From the NCBI GenBank assembly GCA_019594055.1, contig JAFDTY010000003.1, forward strand, positions 1 through 45,109: a DNA stretch of 45,109 nt, read 5' to 3'. Below, piece after piece: positions 8,291-16,420 of the stretch (within the stretch, counting starts at the first letter, position 1; every line of letters starts with the position of its first letter). The notes under the pieces were generated by a model, which worked only from the letters and a program-made list of their open reading frames with translations, was not told where the DNA came from and did no database searches. The translations under genes were made by a program, and so were the position numbers. The DNA is from Candidatus Haladaptatiplasma halalkaliphilum (lineage in GTDB: Archaea > Thermoplasmatota > Thermoplasmata > Halarchaeoplasmatales > Halarchaeoplasmataceae).

Positions 8291-8523
8291 GAGCAACTGA
8301 CAGCGGGCCAGGGACTGAAAATGGCCTTCAAGCAGTTAGGTTTACCTTTCCCCCCGTAGGGAGCGAGGCTCCTAACCTAAACCATCAGTCCAGGGATCCG
8401 TAAAGGATCTAAGCTTCCCATGGGCTCGCGCACCATAGTACAACGGAGAACGCGGGTGGGCTTAACTGCTGGGTTCGGGATGGGACCAGGTGTTTCACCA
8501 CCGCTATGGCCGTCATGTTGCTC
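8291..8523 (-). rRNA. rrf: 5S rRNA with an insertion of about 100 nt (core 8298-8515)
   Basis: Minus strand: UGACGGCCAUAGCGGUGGUGAAACACCUGGUCCCAUCCCGAACCCAGCAGUUAAGCCCACCCGCG...GUACUAUGGUGCGCGAGCCCAUGGGAAGC contains the 5S signatures GGCCAUAGC, CCCAU.CCGAAC, GUUAAGC and a GCGA-capped helix IV. The ends pair (GAGCAAC-A-UGACGGC with GCUGUCA-GUUGCUC). Confidence 0.93.
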
Positions 8524-8543
8524 AACCCTCATTACTAACAGGT

Positions 8544-8560
8544 GGTATATATTTCTTTTG
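8544..8560 (-). promoter_or_regulatory. BRE/TATA promoter of the 5S rRNA gene
   Basis: Minus strand CAAAAGAAA TATATAC, with the TATA about 23-28 nt upstream of 8523. Confidence 0.7.
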
Positions 8561-8728
8561 ATTCATTGGTCGGAAGGGACACACTAAGATTCCAAGCCTT
8601 GTCGGTATAAATAACCCGTAATTTTGCCGATTTACTCCCAAGATAATGCTTTATGGGTGATAATGTCTCATATATTACCCCGCAAAAGGTATTATTACAC
8701 AAGCCCTTTACACCCTAAAGTTGGTTAT

Positions 8729-10372
8729 ATGATATCTGTGACGGTATATGGCGGAGCGAACGAGATAGGCGGTAACAAGATACTTTTGGAATTCCAGGGG
8801 ACGAGGATTATGCTGGACTTCGGTAGTAGGATGGGTTTTGATTCAAGATTTTTTTCGGAATTCGTCAATCCCAGGACGAATACCGGGCTCAGGGACAGGT
8901 TGATCATGGGTTCCCTACCTATGATACCCGGTATATACCGCGAAGACTTGATCAGACCGTCGGGTTTGGACGGACTGCCGGAAGAAGGAAGACTGCTGGA
9001 AAAGGATTCGCCCATGCTGGACCTCGACGGACTGATAACATACGAAGAATACCTCTCCCGTTGGGGTAAGGGATACATCGACGGCATACTCCTCTCCCAC
9101 GCACATCTCGATCACACGGGGGATATCACCCACATCCACCCGGACATACCGGTTTACTGCAGCAGTATCACCAAGACACTTGTGGACGCCATCGACCAGG
9201 TGACCGCTTTTAAAACTTACGCACTGGAAATGAAAAGACCTGAGATAACATACTCCGTCAGGGGCATGTTCCCGGGAAGCCCAAAATTGGAAAAGAAAAA
9301 TGTTAGCCGGAGGGACTGCATCACAACCAGTGAGAATACCCTGGGGAATGTGTATTTTGAACTGATAGATGTTGACCACTCGGTGCCCGGTGCATGCAGC
9401 TTTCTGATAAAAAATGGGAAACGTAAGATACTGTACACGGGGGATATCAGGTTCCACGGGACCTCCCGGATATCCGTGGAGCACTATGCACGTCGGGCAG
9501 GCGATAAGATCGATATGATGATATGCGAGGGTACCCGGGTGGACTCGGGATCGGTGATCACCGAGGAGATGGTTTGCCAGGACATCGCATGTGATATACG
9601 AAGTACAAAGGGTGTGGTTTTCGTGGACTTCAGTTGGAAGGATACGACCCGCTTCGAAACGATAAGACGGGCGGCAATGGAAAACAACAGGATATTTGTT
9701 ATCAACGGCAGACTGGCATACATCCTTCGGAAACTGGGTTTGTTCCCGGATGATGACTCCGTGAGGGTATTCCTAAAACGCTCAGGTAGCGCACTGTATT
9801 CTCCCAATGATTACACCAGAAGTAAACACGAGCTCGGGTTCATATCGGACCATGACGAGCTGGATACCACCCATTACCAAAAGGGTATCACCGCATCCCA
9901 GATCACGGAAGCGCCCGGAAAGTATGTACTCATGATGTCTTATTACGATTTCAACCAACTGTTCGACTTTGCGGACGAAAACGGTAAGATACGGAATTCA
10001 CTTTTCATAAAGGCACAGTGTGAGCCCTTCTGCGACGATATGGAGATCGACGAGGAGCGCTTGATAAACTGGCTCGAATTGTTCGGTATAGGGTTCAGGG
10101 AGGGAGAACCCGATATAAACCCGAACTGCACGGACCACGACTGTTCGAAGATAAAGCGGTGCGTGCAACGTTCTCACGTTTCGGGGCATGCGTCAAGGCC
10201 CGAACTCAAGGAGTTGATAAAAAGACTTAAACCGGATGTGCTGATACCCGTTCATACACTGTATCCCCATGAATTCTCGAGGATAGCCGAAGAGATAGAG
10301 GAGGAGGACGGCCACGGTATCCGTGTGGTGATCCCCGAGACAGGGGTTGAATACACGTTCGGAGATGAATGA
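8729..10372 (+). CDS. Metallo-beta-lactamase / beta-CASP ribonuclease (RNase J-like)
   Basis: GGANEIGGN, LDFG, SHAHLDH, VDHS, YTGD, CEGT, HVSGHA and IPVHT. ATG 8729 gives the family-typical N-terminus. Confidence 0.85.
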   Translation: MISVTVYGGANEIGGNKILLEFQGTRIMLDFGSRMGFDSRFFSEFVNPRTNTGLRDRLIMGSLPMIPGIYREDLIRPSGLDGLPEEGRLLEKDSPMLDLDGLITYEEYLSRWGKGYIDGILLSHAHLDHTGDITHIHPDIPVYCSSITKTLVDAIDQVTAFKTYALEMKRPEITYSVRGMFPGSPKLEKKNVSRRDCITTSENTLGNVYFELIDVDHSVPGACSFLIKNGKRKILYTGDIRFHGTSRISVEHYARRAGDKIDMMICEGTRVDSGSVITEEMVCQDIACDIRSTKGVVFVDFSWKDTTRFETIRRAAMENNRIFVINGRLAYILRKLGLFPDDDSVRVFLKRSGSALYSPNDYTRSKHELGFISDHDELDTTHYQKGITASQITEAPGKYVLMMSYYDFNQLFDFADENGKIRNSLFIKAQCEPFCDDMEIDEERLINWLELFGIGFREGEPDINPNCTDHDCSKIKRCVQRSHVSGHASRPELKELIKRLKPDVLIPVHTLYPHEFSRIAEEIEEEDGHGIRVVIPETGVEYTFGDE

Positions 10373-10399
10373 TACGGACGAGATGATATACCGTAGTGA

Positions 10400-11104
10400 A
10401 TGGACATGAAAGAAGCCGAGAAAGACAGGCATGAAAGGATCAAGGCGGTTATATTTGACCTGGACAACACACTCTGCGATTTTGTGGAGGCGAAGACACA
10501 GGCCTGCAAGGCCGTCTCAACACACCTTTGCAGTGGTGATGGTAAGGAATTGCTGGATTATTTCTTCAGGGGTAAATATGATATCGAGAATCCCGAGAAC
10601 ATAAGGGATTATCTGGTGGATGAAGGGTTTAACGGAGAAGATGTATACACGGAATGCGTGGACATATACCGGAAGACGAAGTTGGAGAATATCAGGAGTT
10701 ATGAAGGTGTGACGGAGACCCTTTGCACCCTAAGGAGAAGGGGCTTGAAAATAGCCGTTCTTACCGATGCCAACACGGAGGATGCCGAAGCACGTCTCCA
10801 TAGACTGAACATAAGAAAATACGTGGATGTGCTGGTCACCTACGATTGTACGGGAAGAAAAAAACCTCACCACGAACCATTTCTGTTCACCTTGAATAGA
10901 CTTACCCTGTTACCCCGGGAGGTGGCCATGGTGGGAGACAGTCCCGTCAGGGATATGGCCCCGGGTAGGGATGTGGGGCTTTTTACCATCTACGCCAGAT
11001 ACGGGGACAGGAATTTTCACGAGGATCCCGAACGGATATTCGATTCCGTCGTTACAAGTTTTCAACAGATACCGGAAGTGCTCGGTCTTGAACAGAACAT
11101 ATAG
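10400..11104 (+). CDS. HAD-superfamily hydrolase
   Basis: IFDLDNTL (motif I), LTD, KKP and MVGDSPVRD (motif IV). Confidence 0.9.
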   Translation: MDMKEAEKDRHERIKAVIFDLDNTLCDFVEAKTQACKAVSTHLCSGDGKELLDYFFRGKYDIENPENIRDYLVDEGFNGEDVYTECVDIYRKTKLENIRSYEGVTETLCTLRRRGLKIAVLTDANTEDAEARLHRLNIRKYVDVLVTYDCTGRKKPHHEPFLFTLNRLTLLPREVAMVGDSPVRDMAPGRDVGLFTIYARYGDRNFHEDPERIFDSVVTSFQQIPEVLGLEQNI

Positions 11105-11105
11105 A

Positions 11106-11900
11106 TCATATCAGAGAGCCCTTGAGGTAGACCACCCCTAACTTGTTCGACCTTATCTTTAACCGTCTTTCTTCCCTTTCGGTATCTACCAACCGATACT
11201 CCTCCAGCCGTTCCAATCTGTACTGGATACTGGATCTCTTTATGGTCTCCTTTCTTTGCAAGTTAACATGCTCCACCAGCTCCTCTATGGAATCGACACC
11301 CTGCCTTTCATGTAGAACCTTTAGTATCTCTATGTCCACTCCAGTTATGTCCTGTATGGGAAAGATGGGAATATCATGATATTCCTTTACACCCGTAGCG
11401 ATGCCTTTCTTCATGAATATGTCCCTGAGTTCTACCAACCGTGAAAGCTCGCCCCCGCCTTCTTCCAGCCCGGATAGTTCGTGTACAAGGTTCGGTATCA
11501 GGTACTCCTCGGGCGACGCGTAGAATATCTCGATATTCTCCTTGTATTCAGAAAGGAACGCCGCACTCATCATGGCAACCGTGGCCAATTTGGGAACCGG
11601 AGATATGTTGATGTATATCCTCTTGCCCCTGAGGGCGTATTTCTTGATCTGTTGCAGGGTAGTCACAAAAACATCGTCAAAGTCGTAGATGTCCACGAGT
11701 ATCGTCTCCACGTCCATGGGGTTGTCCTCCAGCTTCCGGTAGAACTGTTCAACGAGTTCTCCGACCCTGACGTAGGGGGATGAGCGGGAATGTAAGATGA
11801 GCAATCTTTCCACGGGATATTTACTGAGCATTGGTATGATAACCCGATCATATTCGAAACCATCCGCTGTGATATGAACACCGGCTTCCTTGGCAGTCAT
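11106..11900 (-). CDS. DUF6293/HFX_2341-like regulator: Rossmann (CARF-like) domain plus C-terminal winged HTH
   Basis: VHITADGFEYDRV, YINISPVPK and FYASPEEY, then an HTH segment (SIEELVE...RSSIQYRLERLEEYRLV). Confidence 0.72.
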   Translation of the reverse strand: MTAKEAGVHITADGFEYDRVIIPMLSKYPVERLLILHSRSSPYVRVGELVEQFYRKLEDNPMDVETILVDIYDFDDVFVTTLQQIKKYALRGKRIYINISPVPKLATVAMMSAAFLSEYKENIEIFYASPEEYLIPNLVHELSGLEEGGGELSRLVELRDIFMKKGIATGVKEYHDIPIFPIQDITGVDIEILKVLHERQGVDSIEELVEHVNLQRKETIKRSSIQYRLERLEEYRLVDTEREERRLKIRSNKLGVVYLKGSLI

Positions 11901-11920
11901 GGTTTGTTACAAGCGAGGGA

Positions 11921-11949
11921 GTATTTATAAATTGTGTTACATAACACAA
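11921..11949. promoter_or_regulatory. TATA box with adjacent perfect palindromic operator
   Basis: TTTATAAA at 11924-11931 (24 nt from ATG 11900, minus strand) abuts TTGTGTTA-CA-TAACACAA at 11932-11949. Confidence 0.7.
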
Positions 11950-12082
11950 AGTTCCGTTGGTGAACCGTGGATACGCTATGTTTATCGGAGAGTGTTTACA
12001 TTCATACGGGGGTGGGCAAACACATCGTGACAACGAATATCGATACAAAATTCTTATTATCCTGTTGATACGATAACCTTGT

Positions 12083-12517
12083 ATGAAATATGTACTAGTG
12101 TATTGGTCGAGATTCGGCAACGGTAAAAGAGTAGTGGAGACCTTATCCGTAAAATTGGGAAAAAAAGGCTCGGAAGTGAAGATACTTGATGCGAAGGAGT
12201 TCCAAGGCAAAGTTCTACCGGAAGCTGACCTTTACGTTTTTTCTGCACCGGCGGAAAAATTCACCATACCCAAGGACATGAGAAGGCTGATGAAGGGCTT
12301 ACAGGGTATGGAGGGCAAGAGATACGGACTGATCAACACCCACTCCATGAAGAGAGACTGGCTACCCAAGATGGACAAATTCCTTTCCGGGAAGAAGATG
12401 GTCAAACTTGCGGAGGTCGAGTTCCGTATGGGTGACGGTACGGAAGATGGAAAAGGGCTAAGGGAAGGTTGGAAGCAAAAGTTGGATGATTTTGCTGATA
12501 AATTGACGGGAGGATAA
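12083..12517 (+). CDS. Flavodoxin-like protein
   Basis: N-terminal VYWSRFGNG resembles the FMN phosphate loop. The beta/alpha pattern and 144-aa length fit. Confidence 0.72.
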   Translation: MKYVLVYWSRFGNGKRVVETLSVKLGKKGSEVKILDAKEFQGKVLPEADLYVFSAPAEKFTIPKDMRRLMKGLQGMEGKRYGLINTHSMKRDWLPKMDKFLSGKKMVKLAEVEFRMGDGTEDGKGLREGWKQKLDDFADKLTGG

Positions 12518-12558
12518 GGGATTAGGTTTATTAGGGATAGATTGTTAACGAGGGATAC

Positions 12559-12978
12559 ATGAACGAAATAGAGATCGTTACCAAGAAGAGGAACTGCCTT
12601 TTCGTGTTCCCCGCCAAATTCCAGTACAAGGACCTTGCACCGGTCTTCCCTGAACTGCTGGACTATTTCATGCGCATCTGTAACCAGTATCCGGAAGAGG
12701 GGGGGGATGAGTACATGTTCATGTTGATTGAGCAGAACATGAGGGATCTACGTAAAAACAGGAAACCCATGGGGCACAACAGGGAGGCGAGATACAGGAT
12801 GATCTTTCCCTACGGGAGGAAGGGGGTTCAGTTCTTCATCTACCCCCGTATCGCCCAGGAGGAGTCCAAGATAGACGATATAACTGAAAAGGTATCGACA
12901 TTCCTTGAACAGAAAGGCATAAAGCACGATATACTCTGGAACCAGATGGTGTTTTTACAGGAAGAGAAGAAGAGGTAA
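12559..12978 (+). CDS. Hypothetical protein
   Basis: 139-aa ORF with a GAGGGA SD-like site that fills the gap cleanly. No recognised motif. Confidence 0.7.
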   Translation: MNEIEIVTKKRNCLFVFPAKFQYKDLAPVFPELLDYFMRICNQYPEEGGDEYMFMLIEQNMRDLRKNRKPMGHNREARYRMIFPYGRKGVQFFIYPRIAQEESKIDDITEKVSTFLEQKGIKHDILWNQMVFLQEEKKR

Positions 12979-12980
12979 TA

Positions 12981-14891
12981 TCAGGTAAAGAATTCCTTGC
13001 ACTCGTCCCTTATATTTTTCGTAGAGTGATAGTCGAAATCTTCGGGCAGCATATTTCGGTAGTGTTTCTGGTTGAATCTACGGTCCATGAGCACTATAAG
13101 TGCCCGATCATTCCTGCTGCGGATACATCTACCCGCTGCCTGGAGTACCCGGTTCATGGCCGGGAATACCCTGGAATACTCGTACCCCCTCTTCTTGTCG
13201 AATTTTTTGGTATAGTATTCCTCAAGGGCTTTAACTTCGGGAGATGGTGGGGGAAAGGGTATACCGGCTATCATAACCGAACACAAAATATTGTTCTTGT
13301 AGTCCACTCCTTCGGAGAGGCTGCCCCCTTGAACCCCGAGTAATAGTTTGTTTCGGGAGTGGTGCAAACTGCCGATCATCTCCTCCCTGTCCCTTTTGGA
13401 ATACCTCCTGTCCTCCACTATCATATCCTTGTTCAGATGCACCATTCCGAGTCTGTCGGCCACGCTGTTCATCAAGGAATAGGAAGGAAAGAATACCGCA
13501 CCATTACCCGGTATGTTGTTGGCCACCTCGGATATGGCATTGGCATAGGCCTGGTACATGGTCACATCCCTCTCGTTGTAGGATGTGGTCAGGTGGTCAA
13601 CGCTGATGACCTTTCTGTTCTCCCGGGGGAAGGGAGATTCGTAACTGCGGATGATGGCATCCGAAATGCCGAGAATGTCCGCGTACATCTCTCCCGGATA
13701 GAGTGTTCCGCTCATGAGAACGCTGCTGTGTACGGAGCGGAAAACGTCCGCGGTGAGCAGGGAGGGGTCGAGAAGCCCCACCCTTACGGACACCTCTTTG
13801 GGGTCGAACACCCTGAACACCGCGTCACCCTCTACCGACCAGGTGGTAAGGAAGGAGAAAAGTCGCATGGGCGCCGATGCAACGGGGTCCTTTTCCAGTA
13901 TACCCCTGGCAGCATCTTCAAGTTGGGGCATGAGTTCCTCCATGTTCTCGTATCTACCGAAACCACCTCTCAGGGCTACGGCGATCTTGTCGTCCACGAG
14001 CTCCTTGTGGATGAGCCTGTCCTTGCCCTTGATGTCGTTGAATTCCAGGGATAGGCGTTTGATGAAGGCCCCCAGATCGGGGTGTGAGTTTTCCAGCAAC
14101 CTGAAAGATTCCTTAAGGAGTTCCAGGTCCATATAATCTTCCATGTGACTTCGCACCCTGTCGGGAAGGTTGTGTGCCTCGTCCACTATGAGCATGCAGT
14201 CATCCAGCTCCACCTCCAGAAGTTCCAGTATGCGCTCCCGCATATCCGAGAACACGTAGTTGTAATCGCACACTATAACATCGGCGTTGCGACCGGCCAC
14301 AAGAGCGCTCTTATGGGGACAAACACCGTAGCGACGGCACATCTGAACTATTTCGTGAACGTGCATCGTAGCGCCTTCCATGGAAGCCACCGCCTTGTTC
14401 ATCGATCTGTTGAACAGGTTGCAGTGACTCTGCCCCGTATCATTGCAGAATTTCTCGAAGACAGGATAAGGAAGGCTGGACTCCTCCCTGGGACACATGT
14501 GCTGCTTGGAGATAACGTCTATGCCTCGGATGTGAGACGGCATGTGCTTTATGGTCTCGATGGCGATATGGTGTTGAGATTGCTTACTGGTAAGAAAAAA
14601 TATCTTGCGATGACCTCGCACCTTGATCGCGGAAGTTAGCACCGCCGCTGTTTTTCCTATCCCCGTGGGGGCGTGGGCGATCAATGTTCCGCCTGACTTG
14701 AAAGCCTCCTCCGCATCCTCCATGAATTGTTTCTGGCCTTTCCTTACTTTCGGGAATGGAAATAGAGTTTTTTTGGATGTCTCAGTGGGGCCCTCCGCCC
14801 TATTTAAACTGATATCCCTTTGCGTACAGCGGGGGCATTTGCGTGTCTTGGGCGAGATAACAGCGCCGCATTCTTTGCAGAACAGATCCAT
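12981..14891 (-). CDS. XPD/Rad3/DinG-family Fe-S helicase with N-terminal zinc ribbon
   Basis: Q-motif RKGQ, APTGIGKT, four Fe-S cysteines (HMCP, KFCN, SHCN, GVCP), DEAHN, SGT, SEGVD and QAAGRCIR. Confidence 0.92.
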   Translation of the reverse strand: MDLFCKECGAVISPKTRKCPRCTQRDISLNRAEGPTETSKKTLFPFPKVRKGQKQFMEDAEEAFKSGGTLIAHAPTGIGKTAAVLTSAIKVRGHRKIFFLTSKQSQHHIAIETIKHMPSHIRGIDVISKQHMCPREESSLPYPVFEKFCNDTGQSHCNLFNRSMNKAVASMEGATMHVHEIVQMCRRYGVCPHKSALVAGRNADVIVCDYNYVFSDMRERILELLEVELDDCMLIVDEAHNLPDRVRSHMEDYMDLELLKESFRLLENSHPDLGAFIKRLSLEFNDIKGKDRLIHKELVDDKIAVALRGGFGRYENMEELMPQLEDAARGILEKDPVASAPMRLFSFLTTWSVEGDAVFRVFDPKEVSVRVGLLDPSLLTADVFRSVHSSVLMSGTLYPGEMYADILGISDAIIRSYESPFPRENRKVISVDHLTTSYNERDVTMYQAYANAISEVANNIPGNGAVFFPSYSLMNSVADRLGMVHLNKDMIVEDRRYSKRDREEMIGSLHHSRNKLLLGVQGGSLSEGVDYKNNILCSVMIAGIPFPPPSPEVKALEEYYTKKFDKKRGYEYSRVFPAMNRVLQAAGRCIRSRNDRALIVLMDRRFNQKHYRNMLPEDFDYHSTKNIRDECKEFFT

Positions 14892-15014
14892 CAAGGAGGT
14901 AGATATGGTAAGGGGTATTAGGTGTTTCGATACTCGCTCTCTCGTCCTTTAAACTGTGTCCGAGGGCCAAAATTATTATAAAAAGGGGTGTACCTTACCC
15001 CAAAGGTGTTAAAC

Positions 15015-15206
15015 ATGGACTGTAAAAAGGAAGATAACATGGAAAACTGCAACTGCAGCTACCCCGGATGCCCGCGTAAGGGTGTCTGCTGCGAGTGCCT
15101 GGCCTATCATCTATCTATGAAACAGCTACCGGCATGTGCTTTTCCCGATGATGTGGAAAGGACCTACGACCGCTCCTTCAGGAAATTCGCTGAGTTACAT
15201 GGTTAA
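15015..15206 (+). CDS. Small Cys-rich protein (DUF6485-like)
   Basis: [21 protein letters not shown]...LPAC.FP...[16 protein letters not shown] and an upstream TATA-like tract at 14974-14983. Confidence 0.75.
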   Translation: MDCKKEDNMENCNCSYPGCPRKGVCCECLAYHLSMKQLPACAFPDDVERTYDRSFRKFAELHG

Positions 15207-15822
15207 TATAGAGAGCTTTATCGGCGGTGGTTTTTCGTCCAACGTATTCGTGGTTCAGGGAGAGAAAAATTTTTTGGTGGATGTCGGTCTGGGTATCGGC
15301 GATAGGATATTGGAGTACCTGGATAGCACCGGTACGGTTCTCGACCGTATAATACTCACCCACAGACACTACGATCATACCGCCGATGCCCCGAGGATGT
15401 ACGAAAAAACGGGAGTGCCTCTGTACGCCAGCGAAACCGAGGCGGAGGCATTGAGGAAAGGAGACGACATCAGCATCTTCTCCACCGCTTTTGGCCGTAA
15501 GGTACCGGAATTGGAGGTGGAAACCCTTACGGATAAAAACTACGGCGGCTTTCAGATACTCTCGACTCCGGGACATACGGATGGAAGCATAAGCCTGTAT
15601 CACCCCAAGGAAAGGATACTGATATCGGGAGATACCGTATTTCCCCATGGCGGTGTGGGAAGAACCGATCTACCCACGGGTAGCATAGGTCAACTAAAGG
15701 ATTCGGTAACCAAACTTTCATTGTTGGATGTGGGATCGTTGTATTCCGGACACGGCCCCGTGATAACCCGGGAAGCTGGAAAACATATCAGCATGTCACT
15801 TAAATTCCTCGATTATTACTAG
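15199..15822 (+). CDS. MBL-fold hydrolase (glyoxalase II-like)
   Basis: [22 protein letters not shown] and SGHG. ATG 15199 overlaps the upstream stop. Confidence 0.88.
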   Translation: MVNIESFIGGGFSSNVFVVQGEKNFLVDVGLGIGDRILEYLDSTGTVLDRIILTHRHYDHTADAPRMYEKTGVPLYASETEAEALRKGDDISIFSTAFGRKVPELEVETLTDKNYGGFQILSTPGHTDGSISLYHPKERILISGDTVFPHGGVGRTDLPTGSIGQLKDSVTKLSLLDVGSLYSGHGPVITREAGKHISMSLKFLDYY

Positions 15823-15829
15823 GTGGTAG

Positions 15830-16420
15830 ATGATGGACTTACGATGCGATAAGGATGTATGCGACGGCCGATGCAACCCCATGATAATAAGCATGGCTAG
15901 CGAGGTCCTCGGAATGGGAGGACTGATAGTCTATCCCACGGAAACCCTTTATGGTATAGGGGGTGACGCTCTGAGACCGGAGACATACCGTAGGATAAAC
16001 AAGATAAAGGGTGTGGAGGAAAAGAACATCTCGGTTGCATACTCGAGTTTGGAGCACGCGGAAGAGTACGTAAAACTTCCACCGGAGGCCGTGGCCCTTG
16101 CCAGTAAATTTCTGCCGGGTCCCCTGACCATAGTGGTGGATACCGAAGACGGAACTGCGGGTATCAGGGTACCCGATCACCCGCTGGCGAAAGGGATAAT
16201 CGAGGTTTTCGGACCCATCACGTCCACAAGTGCCAACATTCACGGCGAACCGCCTGCGAGAGATATAGACTCCGCCAAGGCCCAGCTGGGAAAGGAGGTG
16301 GACCTTTACATCCATTGCGGTAGGGTACGAAGTGAAAAAGGTTCCACAGTGGTAAAGGTCAACAGCAGTATCAAGATACTACGTGAAGGGATCATACCAG
16401 GGGGTGAAATAATTGGATGA
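15830..16420 (+). CDS. tsaC: L-threonylcarbamoyladenylate synthase (short TsaC/YrdC type)
   Basis: YPTETLYGIG, PGPLT, GIRVP, TSAN, STVV and ILREG. Confidence 0.9.
   Translation: MMDLRCDKDVCDGRCNPMIISMASEVLGMGGLIVYPTETLYGIGGDALRPETYRRINKIKGVEEKNISVAYSSLEHAEEYVKLPPEAVALASKFLPGPLTIVVDTEDGTAGIRVPDHPLAKGIIEVFGPITSTSANIHGEPPARDIDSAKAQLGKEVDLYIHCGRVRSEKGSTVVKVNSSIKILREGIIPGGEIIG

Noticed and set aside
8312-8412. Bulge-helix-bulge intron in the 5S gene
   Set aside because: I could not build a convincing 3-4-3 BHB motif at the insert boundaries. Excision by another route is not excluded.
8291-8523. SRP RNA, RNase P RNA or tRNA
   Set aside because: The sequence carries 5S-specific signatures in the right order, and no SRP, RNase P or cloverleaf motifs were seen.
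8624-8728. N-terminal extensions given by the ORF track (also 3739, 6539, 14988, 15136 and 44998)
   Set aside because: They overlap promoters or upstream genes. Downstream ATGs match family N-termini and SD or TATA spacing.
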